20,717 nt of DNA from Candidatus Brocadiia bacterium (lineage in GTDB: Bacteria; Planctomycetota; Brocadiia; SM23-32), in the NCBI GenBank assembly GCA_046538485.1, contig JBKHIT010000074.1, positions 1 through 20,717 on the forward strand. The letters run 5' to 3'. Positions 8,368 to 16,371 of this stretch are shown here, piece after piece. Numbering within the stretch: the stretch's first letter is position 1; each line of letters begins with the position of its first letter. The notes beneath the pieces were generated by a model. It made no database searches. It was not told where the DNA came from and saw only the letters and a list, made by a program, of their open reading frames with translations. A program made the translations under genes and the position numbers.

Positions 8368-10860
8368 ATGAGTCGGCTCAGCGCCAGGATTTTATTCCCG
8401 GCTTTCTTCTTGGTCACAATTACGCTTCCCGTGCGCGGCGTTATGGCGGGAGAAGCGGCACCAGCGGGGGAGAATGTTCCGGTGCAGCCGGAGTCTTCAG
8501 GGTTACAGAACGCGGCGGTCACTGAATCCTCGGGGGAGAAATCAACAGAGCCGGGCAAAAAGTCTGTCAAAGGGCAAGCTCAGGTCATATCTCTGTCGGA
8601 AATCTCCAAGTCCGAGTGTTTGGATCTTCATGAAAAGATTTTGCACCGTGCGATATTCGGTTTGGATTATCGGCAGACCAAGGACTTGCCTCTGGGGCAG
8701 CTTCAGAATTTAGACCGCAGTCAGATGCTGTCCAAAACCACCGAGGCGGGGCGCTTTGAACTCCTGCTGGGGACGAAAATTTATCCGTCCACGGCGAGTG
8801 AATTTATATTATGGGGCCGGACATTGAAAGATGGTCAAGAAACCGGTCCGAATCCGGAGCTGGAGCGCTTGAAAGCTATGGCTGGGGAGCATATCGATTC
8901 TCTGTTGGGAAAAAAAGAGGAAACATACCCTCTCCGTGAGCTGCGGACGGAAATCTTCCAGCTGAGCCATGTGCAGCCTGAGCAGTGTCTGAAGATACTG
9001 ACGATGTTGGGCTATAACACCAAGAGTGCGGGACCGGAAGCGACGATGGATCAGCTGCCTCTTGTGCTGGAATCCCCGAACGCTGCTCTTCCAACAGTTG
9101 TTGCCGACAATAACAAGCTTGCGTCTCCCACCAGTTCGGCGCCTCAGAATCGTCTTTTCATCCTTTATCACCCCACACAAGCCAAGAAGGTTAACCATTT
9201 GCATGATCTGCTGGACGAAAAGATTGACGTCGCGGCGCGTCAGGTTTTGATAGAGGCTCTGGTTGTGGAATTGACCGAGGAGGGAACGCGGGAACTGGGA
9301 GTGCAATGGGAATGGGAGGAGAGGGTTGGGGAGGTGGGCGGCGCGTTTGAGACGATTGACTCCACAACGCCTTTGAAGTTGTTTTTCTCTGACTATGGCG
9401 GCAAGGCAACGAACATTCTTAAGACCAAGTTGCGGGCTCTCGTTCGCGATCGGAAGGCTCAGATCCTGGCATCGCCATCAATTTTGACCCTTGACAATTC
9501 TCAGGCCCTCATTCGGGTGGGCCGGGAAGAGCCGATACGAAAGACGGTTTATACCGGCGAGTATTCGGGCGCTGTTGAAATGGACATCGACTATAAAGAA
9601 GTGGGGATAACCCTCAATATCAAGCCCCGGATATCCAGCGCCGGAAGACATGTCAGTATGCAGATACAGACTGAGGTCAGCGAAGTGATGGATTACATAA
9701 CGGCCAATAATGTGGAAGTTGCGCCTATTGTAAATACCCGGAAAGCTCAAACGTCTGCCCAGGTCGAGAATAATACAGCCTTTATCATAGGGGGGTTGAT
9801 ACGGAACGAAAAGGATCACACGGTTGACCGCATTCCTTTTATTTCGCGGATCCCTTTGATCGGAAAACTATTCCAGGTCAGTTCGACTACGAACAAAAAG
9901 AGGGAGGATATCATTGTTCTTACGCCACGTGTGCTTGAGCCAAAGGGGCCGAAAAGGGCTCTTTTGCCTAAAGGGAGCGACCAGTTCAATTTTACGGACT
10001 GCCGTTTGTTCCGGGAATCTTACCGTCTGAAGACAGACGATGTTTTCGACCTGGAGTTCATTAAAGACAACGAGACTCTTAAGCACGTTTTTCGCCGTAG
10101 CGATAACTTTTTGCGACATTATCCCAGCTACCGTAACAAACCTCCTTTCGACGTTGTCGGCGGCGACAGGATGCCGGGAGAGGAAGCCGTTGTGGTTCGA
10201 ATGCTTTATGAAATTGCGAAAACCCTCGACATTCCCGAACGGGTAAAATTGCGCAATTTGATTTACTTCGAAAAAGATCCCGGTAAGCCTGCTGGTTACG
10301 ATGTTGTGTTCCTCGGACATAAGCTCGATGAAATACGCGGAAACAAATTCCAGAAGAAAAAGGAGTATCCTCGCAAAGTCCTTGTTTTACGCTATGATTT
10401 GGAACCCGGCGCAGTGCTGGGGCAGATCACCCATACTCCTGCCGCGGAGGTGCAGGTCCGAGAAGTTCAAAGCCGCGATGAAATGGAAAATTTATGGTAT
10501 GAGCTCAACAGGTTGCAGCCACCATCTTCTGAAAACAAGGACGGTGTGGTCTGCCACCGGGGACAGACTGGAATTGTTCTTGATAGCATGGAAGACGTGG
10601 AGCGCCTTAGAGCGGCAATTGTTGTGCGAGAAATGATTTCGGTCAACAAAATGCAGTCGCTGCTCAGCATCAACAATTTCAAGGTCGGGCGTAAAATTCA
10701 GCTGCCGCAGATTAATCCCGATGGAGATCGCATCTTTTTGGTCGATCACAATGTGTCCCGTTATCACTATTACACCGATTTTTACTACGCGGCCTTCCAG
10801 AACAAATTGCGCAATTATTATGAGCGGATGCGTGAAATTTTTAAAGAAAAAGATTTTTGA
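8368..10860 (+). CDS. Secretin (type II/III secretion system outer-membrane pore family) with long C-terminal extension
   Basis: Signal-peptide-like N-terminus from ATG 8368. IDVAARQVLIEALVVE, ELGVQW, AQILASPSILTLDNSQALIRVG, YKEVGITLNIKPRIS and IIGGLI...IPFISRIPLIGKLF...IIVLTPRVL are canonical secretin motifs. About 300 extra aa follow. The track start is TTG 8293. Confidence 0.9.
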   Translation: MSRLSARILFPAFFLVTITLPVRGVMAGEAAPAGENVPVQPESSGLQNAAVTESSGEKSTEPGKKSVKGQAQVISLSEISKSECLDLHEKILHRAIFGLDYRQTKDLPLGQLQNLDRSQMLSKTTEAGRFELLLGTKIYPSTASEFILWGRTLKDGQETGPNPELERLKAMAGEHIDSLLGKKEETYPLRELRTEIFQLSHVQPEQCLKILTMLGYNTKSAGPEATMDQLPLVLESPNAALPTVVADNNKLASPTSSAPQNRLFILYHPTQAKKVNHLHDLLDEKIDVAARQVLIEALVVELTEEGTRELGVQWEWEERVGEVGGAFETIDSTTPLKLFFSDYGGKATNILKTKLRALVRDRKAQILASPSILTLDNSQALIRVGREEPIRKTVYTGEYSGAVEMDIDYKEVGITLNIKPRISSAGRHVSMQIQTEVSEVMDYITANNVEVAPIVNTRKAQTSAQVENNTAFIIGGLIRNEKDHTVDRIPFISRIPLIGKLFQVSSTTNKKREDIIVLTPRVLEPKGPKRALLPKGSDQFNFTDCRLFRESYRLKTDDVFDLEFIKDNETLKHVFRRSDNFLRHYPSYRNKPPFDVVGGDRMPGEEAVVVRMLYEIAKTLDIPERVKLRNLIYFEKDPGKPAGYDVVFLGHKLDEIRGNKFQKKKEYPRKVLVLRYDLEPGAVLGQITHTPAAEVQVREVQSRDEMENLWYELNRLQPPSSENKDGVVCHRGQTGIVLDSMEDVERLRAAIVVREMISVNKMQSLLSINNFKVGRKIQLPQINPDGDRIFLVDHNVSRYHYYTDFYYAAFQNKLRNYYERMREIFKEKDF

Positions 10861-11209
10861 GATTTGCACGGGCTTGCTTTTCGTCCCGCTGGTTGTCTGT
10901 TTATTGATGTCAGGTTGTGTGCAGCAGCAGGAGACAGGAGAGCGAGCTACCCGTTCAGTTGAGACGCTTGGAGGAATTCTACCGGAGCGTGGCATAAGCG
11001 TTGGTATGAGCCAGAAGCGGGTCCTAAGTCTGGTAGGGCATCCGGCGGAGCGTGAAATAAAGGGGGAAGGGGATGAACATCGACGCGAAGTATGGTACTA
11101 TGACTTTGGTGTGGTGATCATCCAGCAAGATGTGGTGAAGTACGTTCACCAGCGGGAAGTCACACGGCCTTCTCGCAGTTCTGGAGTGCCTGAAAATAAA
11201 GTTGAGTAA
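10832..11209 (+). CDS. Small lipoprotein (SmpA/OmlA/BamE-like domain)
   Basis: GTG start overlapping the secretin end. MKFLKKK + hydrophobic core + lipobox LMSGC. ISVGMSQKRVLSLVGHP...EVWYY matches the SmpA/OmlA pattern. Confidence 0.75.
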   Translation: MKFLKKKIFEICTGLLFVPLVVCLLMSGCVQQQETGERATRSVETLGGILPERGISVGMSQKRVLSLVGHPAEREIKGEGDEHRREVWYYDFGVVIIQQDVVKYVHQREVTRPSRSSGVPENKVE

Positions 11210-11288
11210 ATCCCCCTGAAGCTGGACCCCGAAAATCGCAGAAGCAGAACAAAAGCTGAGGCCCTTATCTTCTGAAAGCAACCATTCT

Positions 11289-12935
11289 GTGCTGGGAGAG
11301 ATGTTTTATGTGCTCGGGGGCCATAAAGGCGCCCTCGGACTCATATTCGTCCTTTGTATTGTTCTGGCGTGTCTTAACCAATCCCTGCCTTACCTGCTGA
11401 AGATCGTCATAGATGATATATTCAAACCGGGCCGTTTTGAATACTTATGGTATGTTCTTGGGGCGGTAGCTGTCATCATTGTGGCCCGAAATGCCGTTTA
11501 CTATCCTACCAAAAGCCGGATGAGTATTCTTGGGGAGCAGATTGCTTTTGAGGTGCGAACCAGCTTATTTGAACATCTGCACCGTCTTTCGGTGGCTTTT
11601 TATAGATGCCACCGCCCAGGGACCATATCTTCGCGCTTGATGCAGGACGTCACCGAGATAAAGAATTTTATTCGAAGCGAACTGATAAAACTGTTCATGA
11701 ACGCGCTGATGTTGCTTGTGGCTGTTGGCATTATGCTCTGGTTGAACTGGCTACTGGCGCTGATTTCTCTCGCTGTTTTACCGTTTCACTGGCTGATCCA
11801 CAGGCGTTTCCGGGGCTCGATAAAGAAATTTTCCCGGCAGGCTCAGGATTATCTCGGAGATTTAAGCGGCGATGTGGTGGAACAGTTCAGCGGTGTGGAG
11901 GCGGTCAAATCTGCCGTGGCCGAACCTCAGGAACAGGAGAAATTCCAGCGCTCAATGCGTAAGGGCATGTCCGCCCAGATCACTCGCACTCGCTACTATC
12001 TGCTGCAGAAGGTTGCTGCGGATGCTCTGATTGGAGTGGGAATGATTCTGGTTATTGGATTTGGAGGTTATGCGGTGAAAAATGGGACCATGGGGGTTGG
12101 AGAGTTTGTGGCCTTTTTTACCTATACCGGCGCTCTCTATCCCCGTGTTCTGGCGCTTGTCAAGCAGGCTGGCAAGTTCTCCTCGACGGCTTCTTCGGTG
12201 GATCGAATATACGAAATTCTTCACACCGAACCGGATGTTACCGAGCCGCCACATGCGCAAAAGTATGAAATAACGGCAGGGCGGGTCGAGTTCCAGAACG
12301 TTAGCTTCTCCTATCAGGATGAACGGGTCCTTGAAGATGTCAGTTTCAAGGTCGAGGCAGGGGAACATATTATGATTACGGGGCCAAGTGGTTCGGGGAA
12401 AACGACATTGCTGAACCTCATTCCGCGATTTTATGATGTAGATACCGGCACGATCCGCATGGACGGAAGGGACATTGAGAATTACACCCTGAGCTCCCTG
12501 CGGGATCAGATAGGGATCGTTTTCCAGGATTGTTTTCTTTTTAATTCCTCGGTGATGGAGAATATCCGGTACGCCCGCCCCGATGCGACCGATGAGGAAG
12601 TTGTGAGGGCATGCCAGCGTGCGGGGGCCCACGAGTTTATATCGGGTCTGTCCAACAGCTACTACACCCGAATCGGCGAGGAAGGGATCCAACTCTCAGC
12701 CGGTGAAGCTCAACGTTTGGTGATCGCGCGCACTATTTTGAAAGAACCTGTTATTCTGATTCTGGATGAAGCGTTAAGTTCTCTCGACCCCGAATCACGA
12801 GAAAAAATTGCCGATGGGCTTTTTAGCATGACGGAAAACATGACTGTTTTTGCAGTAACTCATCATACTGAGATCTTTCCCGAGTTCGATAAGATCCTGC
12901 GGGTCGAAGGGGGAACTGTGAGTTTGTCGCCATGA
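11289..12935 (+). CDS. ABC exporter, fused permease + ATP-binding (MsbA/Sav1866-like half transporter)
   Basis: Multiple TM helices, Walker A GPSGSGKT, Q-loop IVFQD, signature LSAGEAQR, Walker B ILILDEA, H-loop VTHH. Confidence 0.93.
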   Translation: MLGEMFYVLGGHKGALGLIFVLCIVLACLNQSLPYLLKIVIDDIFKPGRFEYLWYVLGAVAVIIVARNAVYYPTKSRMSILGEQIAFEVRTSLFEHLHRLSVAFYRCHRPGTISSRLMQDVTEIKNFIRSELIKLFMNALMLLVAVGIMLWLNWLLALISLAVLPFHWLIHRRFRGSIKKFSRQAQDYLGDLSGDVVEQFSGVEAVKSAVAEPQEQEKFQRSMRKGMSAQITRTRYYLLQKVAADALIGVGMILVIGFGGYAVKNGTMGVGEFVAFFTYTGALYPRVLALVKQAGKFSSTASSVDRIYEILHTEPDVTEPPHAQKYEITAGRVEFQNVSFSYQDERVLEDVSFKVEAGEHIMITGPSGSGKTTLLNLIPRFYDVDTGTIRMDGRDIENYTLSSLRDQIGIVFQDCFLFNSSVMENIRYARPDATDEEVVRACQRAGAHEFISGLSNSYYTRIGEEGIQLSAGEAQRLVIARTILKEPVILILDEALSSLDPESREKIADGLFSMTENMTVFAVTHHTEIFPEFDKILRVEGGTVSLSP

Positions 12936-12995
12936 TCTGCCTGCCGGGGCGGGCGTCTGAGTTTTTGCAGGTTGTTCGATCTTGAAAGCAGAAGT

Positions 12996-13026
12996 TGGTA
13001 TCATACTAGTGGTCCGCGGACCACTA
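12996..13026 (+). promoter_or_regulatory. Extended -10 promoter followed by a perfect 20-bp palindrome
   Basis: TGGTATCAT (TGn-TATCAT) at 12996-13004. TAGTGGTCCGCGGACCACTA at 13007-13026 is its own reverse complement. Confidence 0.45.
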
Positions 13027-13068
13027 TCCTGGATTTTACGGATAATTGGGAGCTATTGTTGCCCAATC
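13024..13068 (+). repeat. 45-bp dispersed copy of the right end of the 6085-6416 element (inverted)
   Basis: CTATCCTGGATTTTACGGATAATTGGGAGCTATTGTTGCCCAATC vs reverse complement of 6372-6416, CTAGCCCGGATTTTACGGATAATTGGAAGCCATTCTTGCCCAATC: 40/45 identical. Confidence 0.85.
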
Positions 13069-13088
13069 CTTATTGCAGTTCTTTCGCG

Positions 13089-14141
13089 ATGAAACGTTTA
13101 TTCTTACATTTAAGCGGTACAATCCCGATTCTGGCGGTTCTCATGGGGGCAGTATGTTTCGCCCAGGAATCTGAGCCTAACGCCGAAAATTCGAATAAAC
13201 TCGCGCGTGTCCATTCTCACGTGATAGACCGCGAAGAGATGGAGACATTTTTAAACGGTTTTATGATGCAGGATTCTCTGCGGCAGAAGCTCGGATCAAT
13301 GCCGGAAGTCCAACGCCAACAATTACTGGCGCAGGGACGTCGCCGGGCTCTGGAGCAACTCATCGAACGATATCTTTTGCTTGAAGCGGCGGCTGAAGAA
13401 TTTGAATCCAACGAGAAATTTCGAGATGTCATTGAAAAAGTGGTTGATCTTCGATTCGCGGAGCTACGGGAAACAACGGGTTCTTTGATTTCTGTCGTCC
13501 GTAAGTTGCATGATCGGGGCTTAAGTGTCGAAGAATGGAAAGAATTCATGCGTCAACTTGTCTGGATACAGAATTATGTCTGGAAACAAACCAGAATTGA
13601 TAGGCGTGTTCGCCCCAATGAGGTCCGTCGCTATTACCGGTGTAACCGGGAGATTTTCCGGCGACCTCAGCGTATAGTTTATCGGGTAATTCTCGTTGAT
13701 CCGGCAGGTTGTCAGACGAAAGAGGAAGAGAAAGAAAAAGCAAATGAGATTTTAGATAAGCTTCAGGACGGCGGAGATTTTGCGAAACTGGCGGAAAAAT
13801 ATTCCCTTGACCGCGATAAAACGGAAGGGGGGCTGCGCGAGGTGAAAGCTCCGAAATCAGACCCCGATTGGATGCCTCCTCTCTGCGAGGGTTTACAGGT
13901 TGGGGAAATCTCTGCTGTTCAAGAAACGGCGGCCGGCTTTTGTATCGCGAAACTTGAGAAAGTCATTCCGACCCACATTCCCGCGTTTGAGACATTGCAG
14001 AATGAGATTCGAGAAAAGCTTGCCGAACAAAAAAGGGAAGAAACGCGGGAAGAAATTTTGAAAGATCTTATTGAGAAAGGAAACGTGAAGCTTTTTCCCG
14101 CAGGACGGTCGATTCTTGGTGATTCCGCAAAACGATTTTGA
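13089..14141 (+). CDS. SurA/PrsA-like parvulin (PpiC) peptidyl-prolyl isomerase foldase
   Basis: Signal peptide MKRLFL...VCFA from ATG 13089. LARV...IDREE and ALEQLIERYLLLEAA SurA N-domain. GGDFAKLAEKYSLD...GG and LQVGEISAVQETAAGF rotamase motifs. Confidence 0.88.
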   Translation: MKRLFLHLSGTIPILAVLMGAVCFAQESEPNAENSNKLARVHSHVIDREEMETFLNGFMMQDSLRQKLGSMPEVQRQQLLAQGRRRALEQLIERYLLLEAAAEEFESNEKFRDVIEKVVDLRFAELRETTGSLISVVRKLHDRGLSVEEWKEFMRQLVWIQNYVWKQTRIDRRVRPNEVRRYYRCNREIFRRPQRIVYRVILVDPAGCQTKEEEKEKANEILDKLQDGGDFAKLAEKYSLDRDKTEGGLREVKAPKSDPDWMPPLCEGLQVGEISAVQETAAGFCIAKLEKVIPTHIPAFETLQNEIREKLAEQKREETREEILKDLIEKGNVKLFPAGRSILGDSAKRF

Positions 14142-14234
14142 AAATAACAGCCCCGTGGCCCTAAAATATATAGTTTGCGTTCGTTAGCTGTGGTCTGGCA
14201 GACTCGATTTTGATCTCTGAAAAAAGAAAGTATT

Positions 14235-14834
14235 ATGCCTGAGAAACACAAACTGCAGGGAAAAGCCGAAGAAAAGGACAATGAACAGATCTCTCTTGGT
14301 GAGCGTCTTCTGAAATCGCGAACCATTCTTCTGGCAGAGCCGATTACAAAAGAAGTTGCCGAGAAGGTGACCGCGAAACTTCTGTTACTCGAGCAGGATG
14401 ACGAATCGGCTCCGATTAATCTGTACGTCAATTCTCCGGGAGGGGATGTCGATGCCGGCTTCGCGATATTTGATATGATTCGTTATATATCGGCTCCGGT
14501 GCGGTGCATTTCTAACGGTTTAACCGCAAGCGCGGCTGTCATTGTCCTGCTCGCTGCACCGCTGGAGCAGCGTTTGAGTCTTCCCAATTCCAGAGTTCTT
14601 ATGCATCAACCCTCGACCGGTGTGAAAGGGTCGACGGCGGATATTCGTATTGAAGCCAATGAGATTCTGAAAATCCGTAAGAAGATCAACAACCTGATTT
14701 CAGAAGAGACGGGCCAGGATTTCGAGCAGGTCAAAGAAGACACGCGCCGGAATTATTGGATCGGTGCCAAAGAGGCAAAAGAATACGGTCTTATCAGCCG
14801 AATTATTGAGTCCAAATCAGAATTGGAAGATTAA
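14235..14834 (+). CDS. clpP: ATP-dependent Clp protease proteolytic subunit (ClpP paralog)
   Basis: LLKSRTILL, INLYVNSPGGDV, GLTASAA (catalytic Ser), RVLMHQP (catalytic His), EAKEYGLI. Confidence 0.95.
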   Translation: MPEKHKLQGKAEEKDNEQISLGERLLKSRTILLAEPITKEVAEKVTAKLLLLEQDDESAPINLYVNSPGGDVDAGFAIFDMIRYISAPVRCISNGLTASAAVIVLLAAPLEQRLSLPNSRVLMHQPSTGVKGSTADIRIEANEILKIRKKINNLISEETGQDFEQVKEDTRRNYWIGAKEAKEYGLISRIIESKSELED

Positions 14835-14917
14835 ATTGCCCGGCTTGACAACGCACGGTTCACTGCGTGTGTACAATCCAGGGGACGTTGTCTTGCCTAT
14901 GAAGAGGTTCTATTCAG

Positions 14918-15760
14918 ATGGTAGTTCGGGGAAAAGACCGGTTTGGCGGTGAAATGGTGCAGTCTTCTGCGCCCGGGGTGTGGAAACTCACACGGATCTG
15001 TTCAGTTTTGATCAGTATCTACTTCGTAATTATGTCGTTTGCTCCCGTTTATGGAGCGGACGATGCAACCGAAGAAAAGGCGCGGAGAGCGTTTATAAAG
15101 GGGCTTCGTAGCGGGGTGGAAATTGAAGAGCGTGAGAAGATCTTTCTGAATGTTGCCAAAGATTATCCCGATACCCGGTGGGCGGATGACGCTATTTGGT
15201 TGCTTTCGGAGCTTGCTTCGGGCCGGGACAAACGTGCCCGAGCGGTCTTGTTGCGTCGGGAGTTAGTTGATCGAGAAGAATTTCCCAAATTGGAGAAGCC
15301 AACTGAAGCGACTCCTGTATACCGCCGCTCTCGTCTGCGCCAGATTGTGTTCTTACTGGAAAACATGGGACACCGTTTTCGTCGTAGGGAAGGTCTGAAA
15401 ATTGAAACATTTAATGCGCTTCCCATGTCCCTCCATGAAGCACTTGCTGTCGACTACATCGCCATGGATAAGCTGAAAATGGCCCGCCATGAATATAAAG
15501 AAGCTCTTAAACTGGCTCCCGGAGAGTTCTTCAAACGAATGTATCGGCGCCGTCTGAAGGGTCTTGAAAAGGAAATTTTTGTGCAAGAGCATACCGGCAA
15601 AGCCAGTGATAAAAAGGAAAGTCAAGAAAAGGAGAATATTGACGGCGAAGAAAACGGAGGGGATGAATCGAAAAAGGAAGATCAGGAAAAAAGGCAGGAT
15701 TCCGGTGATTCTTCTGAAAAGGCAGAAGATAATTCAGGGAAGGAAAAATCCGGTGATTGA
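14918..15760 (+). CDS. Hypothetical exported protein with TPR-like helices and an acidic low-complexity tail
   Basis: Hydrophobic signal-like segment ending VYGA. DYPDTRWADDAIW resembles the YP-x-S/T-x-x-A TPR pattern. E/K/D/G/S-rich C-terminus. Start uncertain (14918 or later). Confidence 0.65.
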   Translation: MVVRGKDRFGGEMVQSSAPGVWKLTRICSVLISIYFVIMSFAPVYGADDATEEKARRAFIKGLRSGVEIEEREKIFLNVAKDYPDTRWADDAIWLLSELASGRDKRARAVLLRRELVDREEFPKLEKPTEATPVYRRSRLRQIVFLLENMGHRFRRREGLKIETFNALPMSLHEALAVDYIAMDKLKMARHEYKEALKLAPGEFFKRMYRRRLKGLEKEIFVQEHTGKASDKKESQEKENIDGEENGGDESKKEDQEKRQDSGDSSEKAEDNSGKEKSGD

Positions 15761-16334
15761 GATTCCGTTCCCGGTTGTGCTGGCCAGTCAGTCCCCCCAG
15801 CGCCGTCGACTTCTCAAAAATATTATCGGTAATTTTGATGTTGAAGATCCCTCTGTGGACGAAACTGTTCCCACCTCGTTTACAGTCATCGAAGCAGTCA
15901 CTGAGCTGGCTCGCCGTAAAGCCAGTGTTGTGGCCAAAAAGCATCCGAATGCGCTCATTATCGCCGCCGACACAATCGTTGAATGTCTCGGCGAAGTCAT
16001 GGGAAAGCCTGAGGATGGCGACGACGCTGTGCGTATGTTGCTGAAACTCTCCCGGAATCCTCATAGCGTGATCACCGGGGTCTGTACGATCACCCCTGAG
16101 GACGAAGAAAGGTCGTTTGTCAGCCATGCCCAAATACAAATGCGACAATTCAGCCGGCAGGAAGCCGAAACATACGTCCGGGAGGAACCGACTGCGCTGG
16201 AGCGTTCAGGCGCTTATGCTTTGCGAGAGTTCGACCCCAATGTCGAGTCGATTGAGGGAAGCCGAGAAGCTGTGCAGGGGTTGCCGATCCACCGCCTTGA
16301 AGAAGTTTTGAAGACGATGTATCAAAGAGCCTGA
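15753..16334 (+). CDS. maf: Maf family nucleoside triphosphate pyrophosphatase
   Basis: GTG start overlapping the upstream stop, with a GGGAAGGA RBS. VVLASQSPQRRRLL, VDE, LARRKA, IIAADTIV, MGKPED, LSRNPHSVITGV, GAY, VQGLP. Confidence 0.92.
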   Translation: MIEIPFPVVLASQSPQRRRLLKNIIGNFDVEDPSVDETVPTSFTVIEAVTELARRKASVVAKKHPNALIIAADTIVECLGEVMGKPEDGDDAVRMLLKLSRNPHSVITGVCTITPEDEERSFVSHAQIQMRQFSRQEAETYVREEPTALERSGAYALREFDPNVESIEGSREAVQGLPIHRLEEVLKTMYQRA

Positions 16335-16371
16335 CCATACAAGTTTTGCAATTCGTTCGGAGGAGAGGTGC

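Noticed and set aside
11952..12692. 246-aa minus-strand ORF
   Set aside because: Antisense shadow of the ABC transporter.
12972..13088. N-terminal extension of the foldase ORF given by the track
   Set aside because: It runs through the promoter, palindrome and repeat; the signal peptide starts at ATG 13089.
15564..15752. Lys/Arg-rich N-terminal extension of Maf
   Set aside because: It is an alternative-frame reading of the upstream gene's acidic tail; GTG 15753 has an RBS and gives a normal Maf length.
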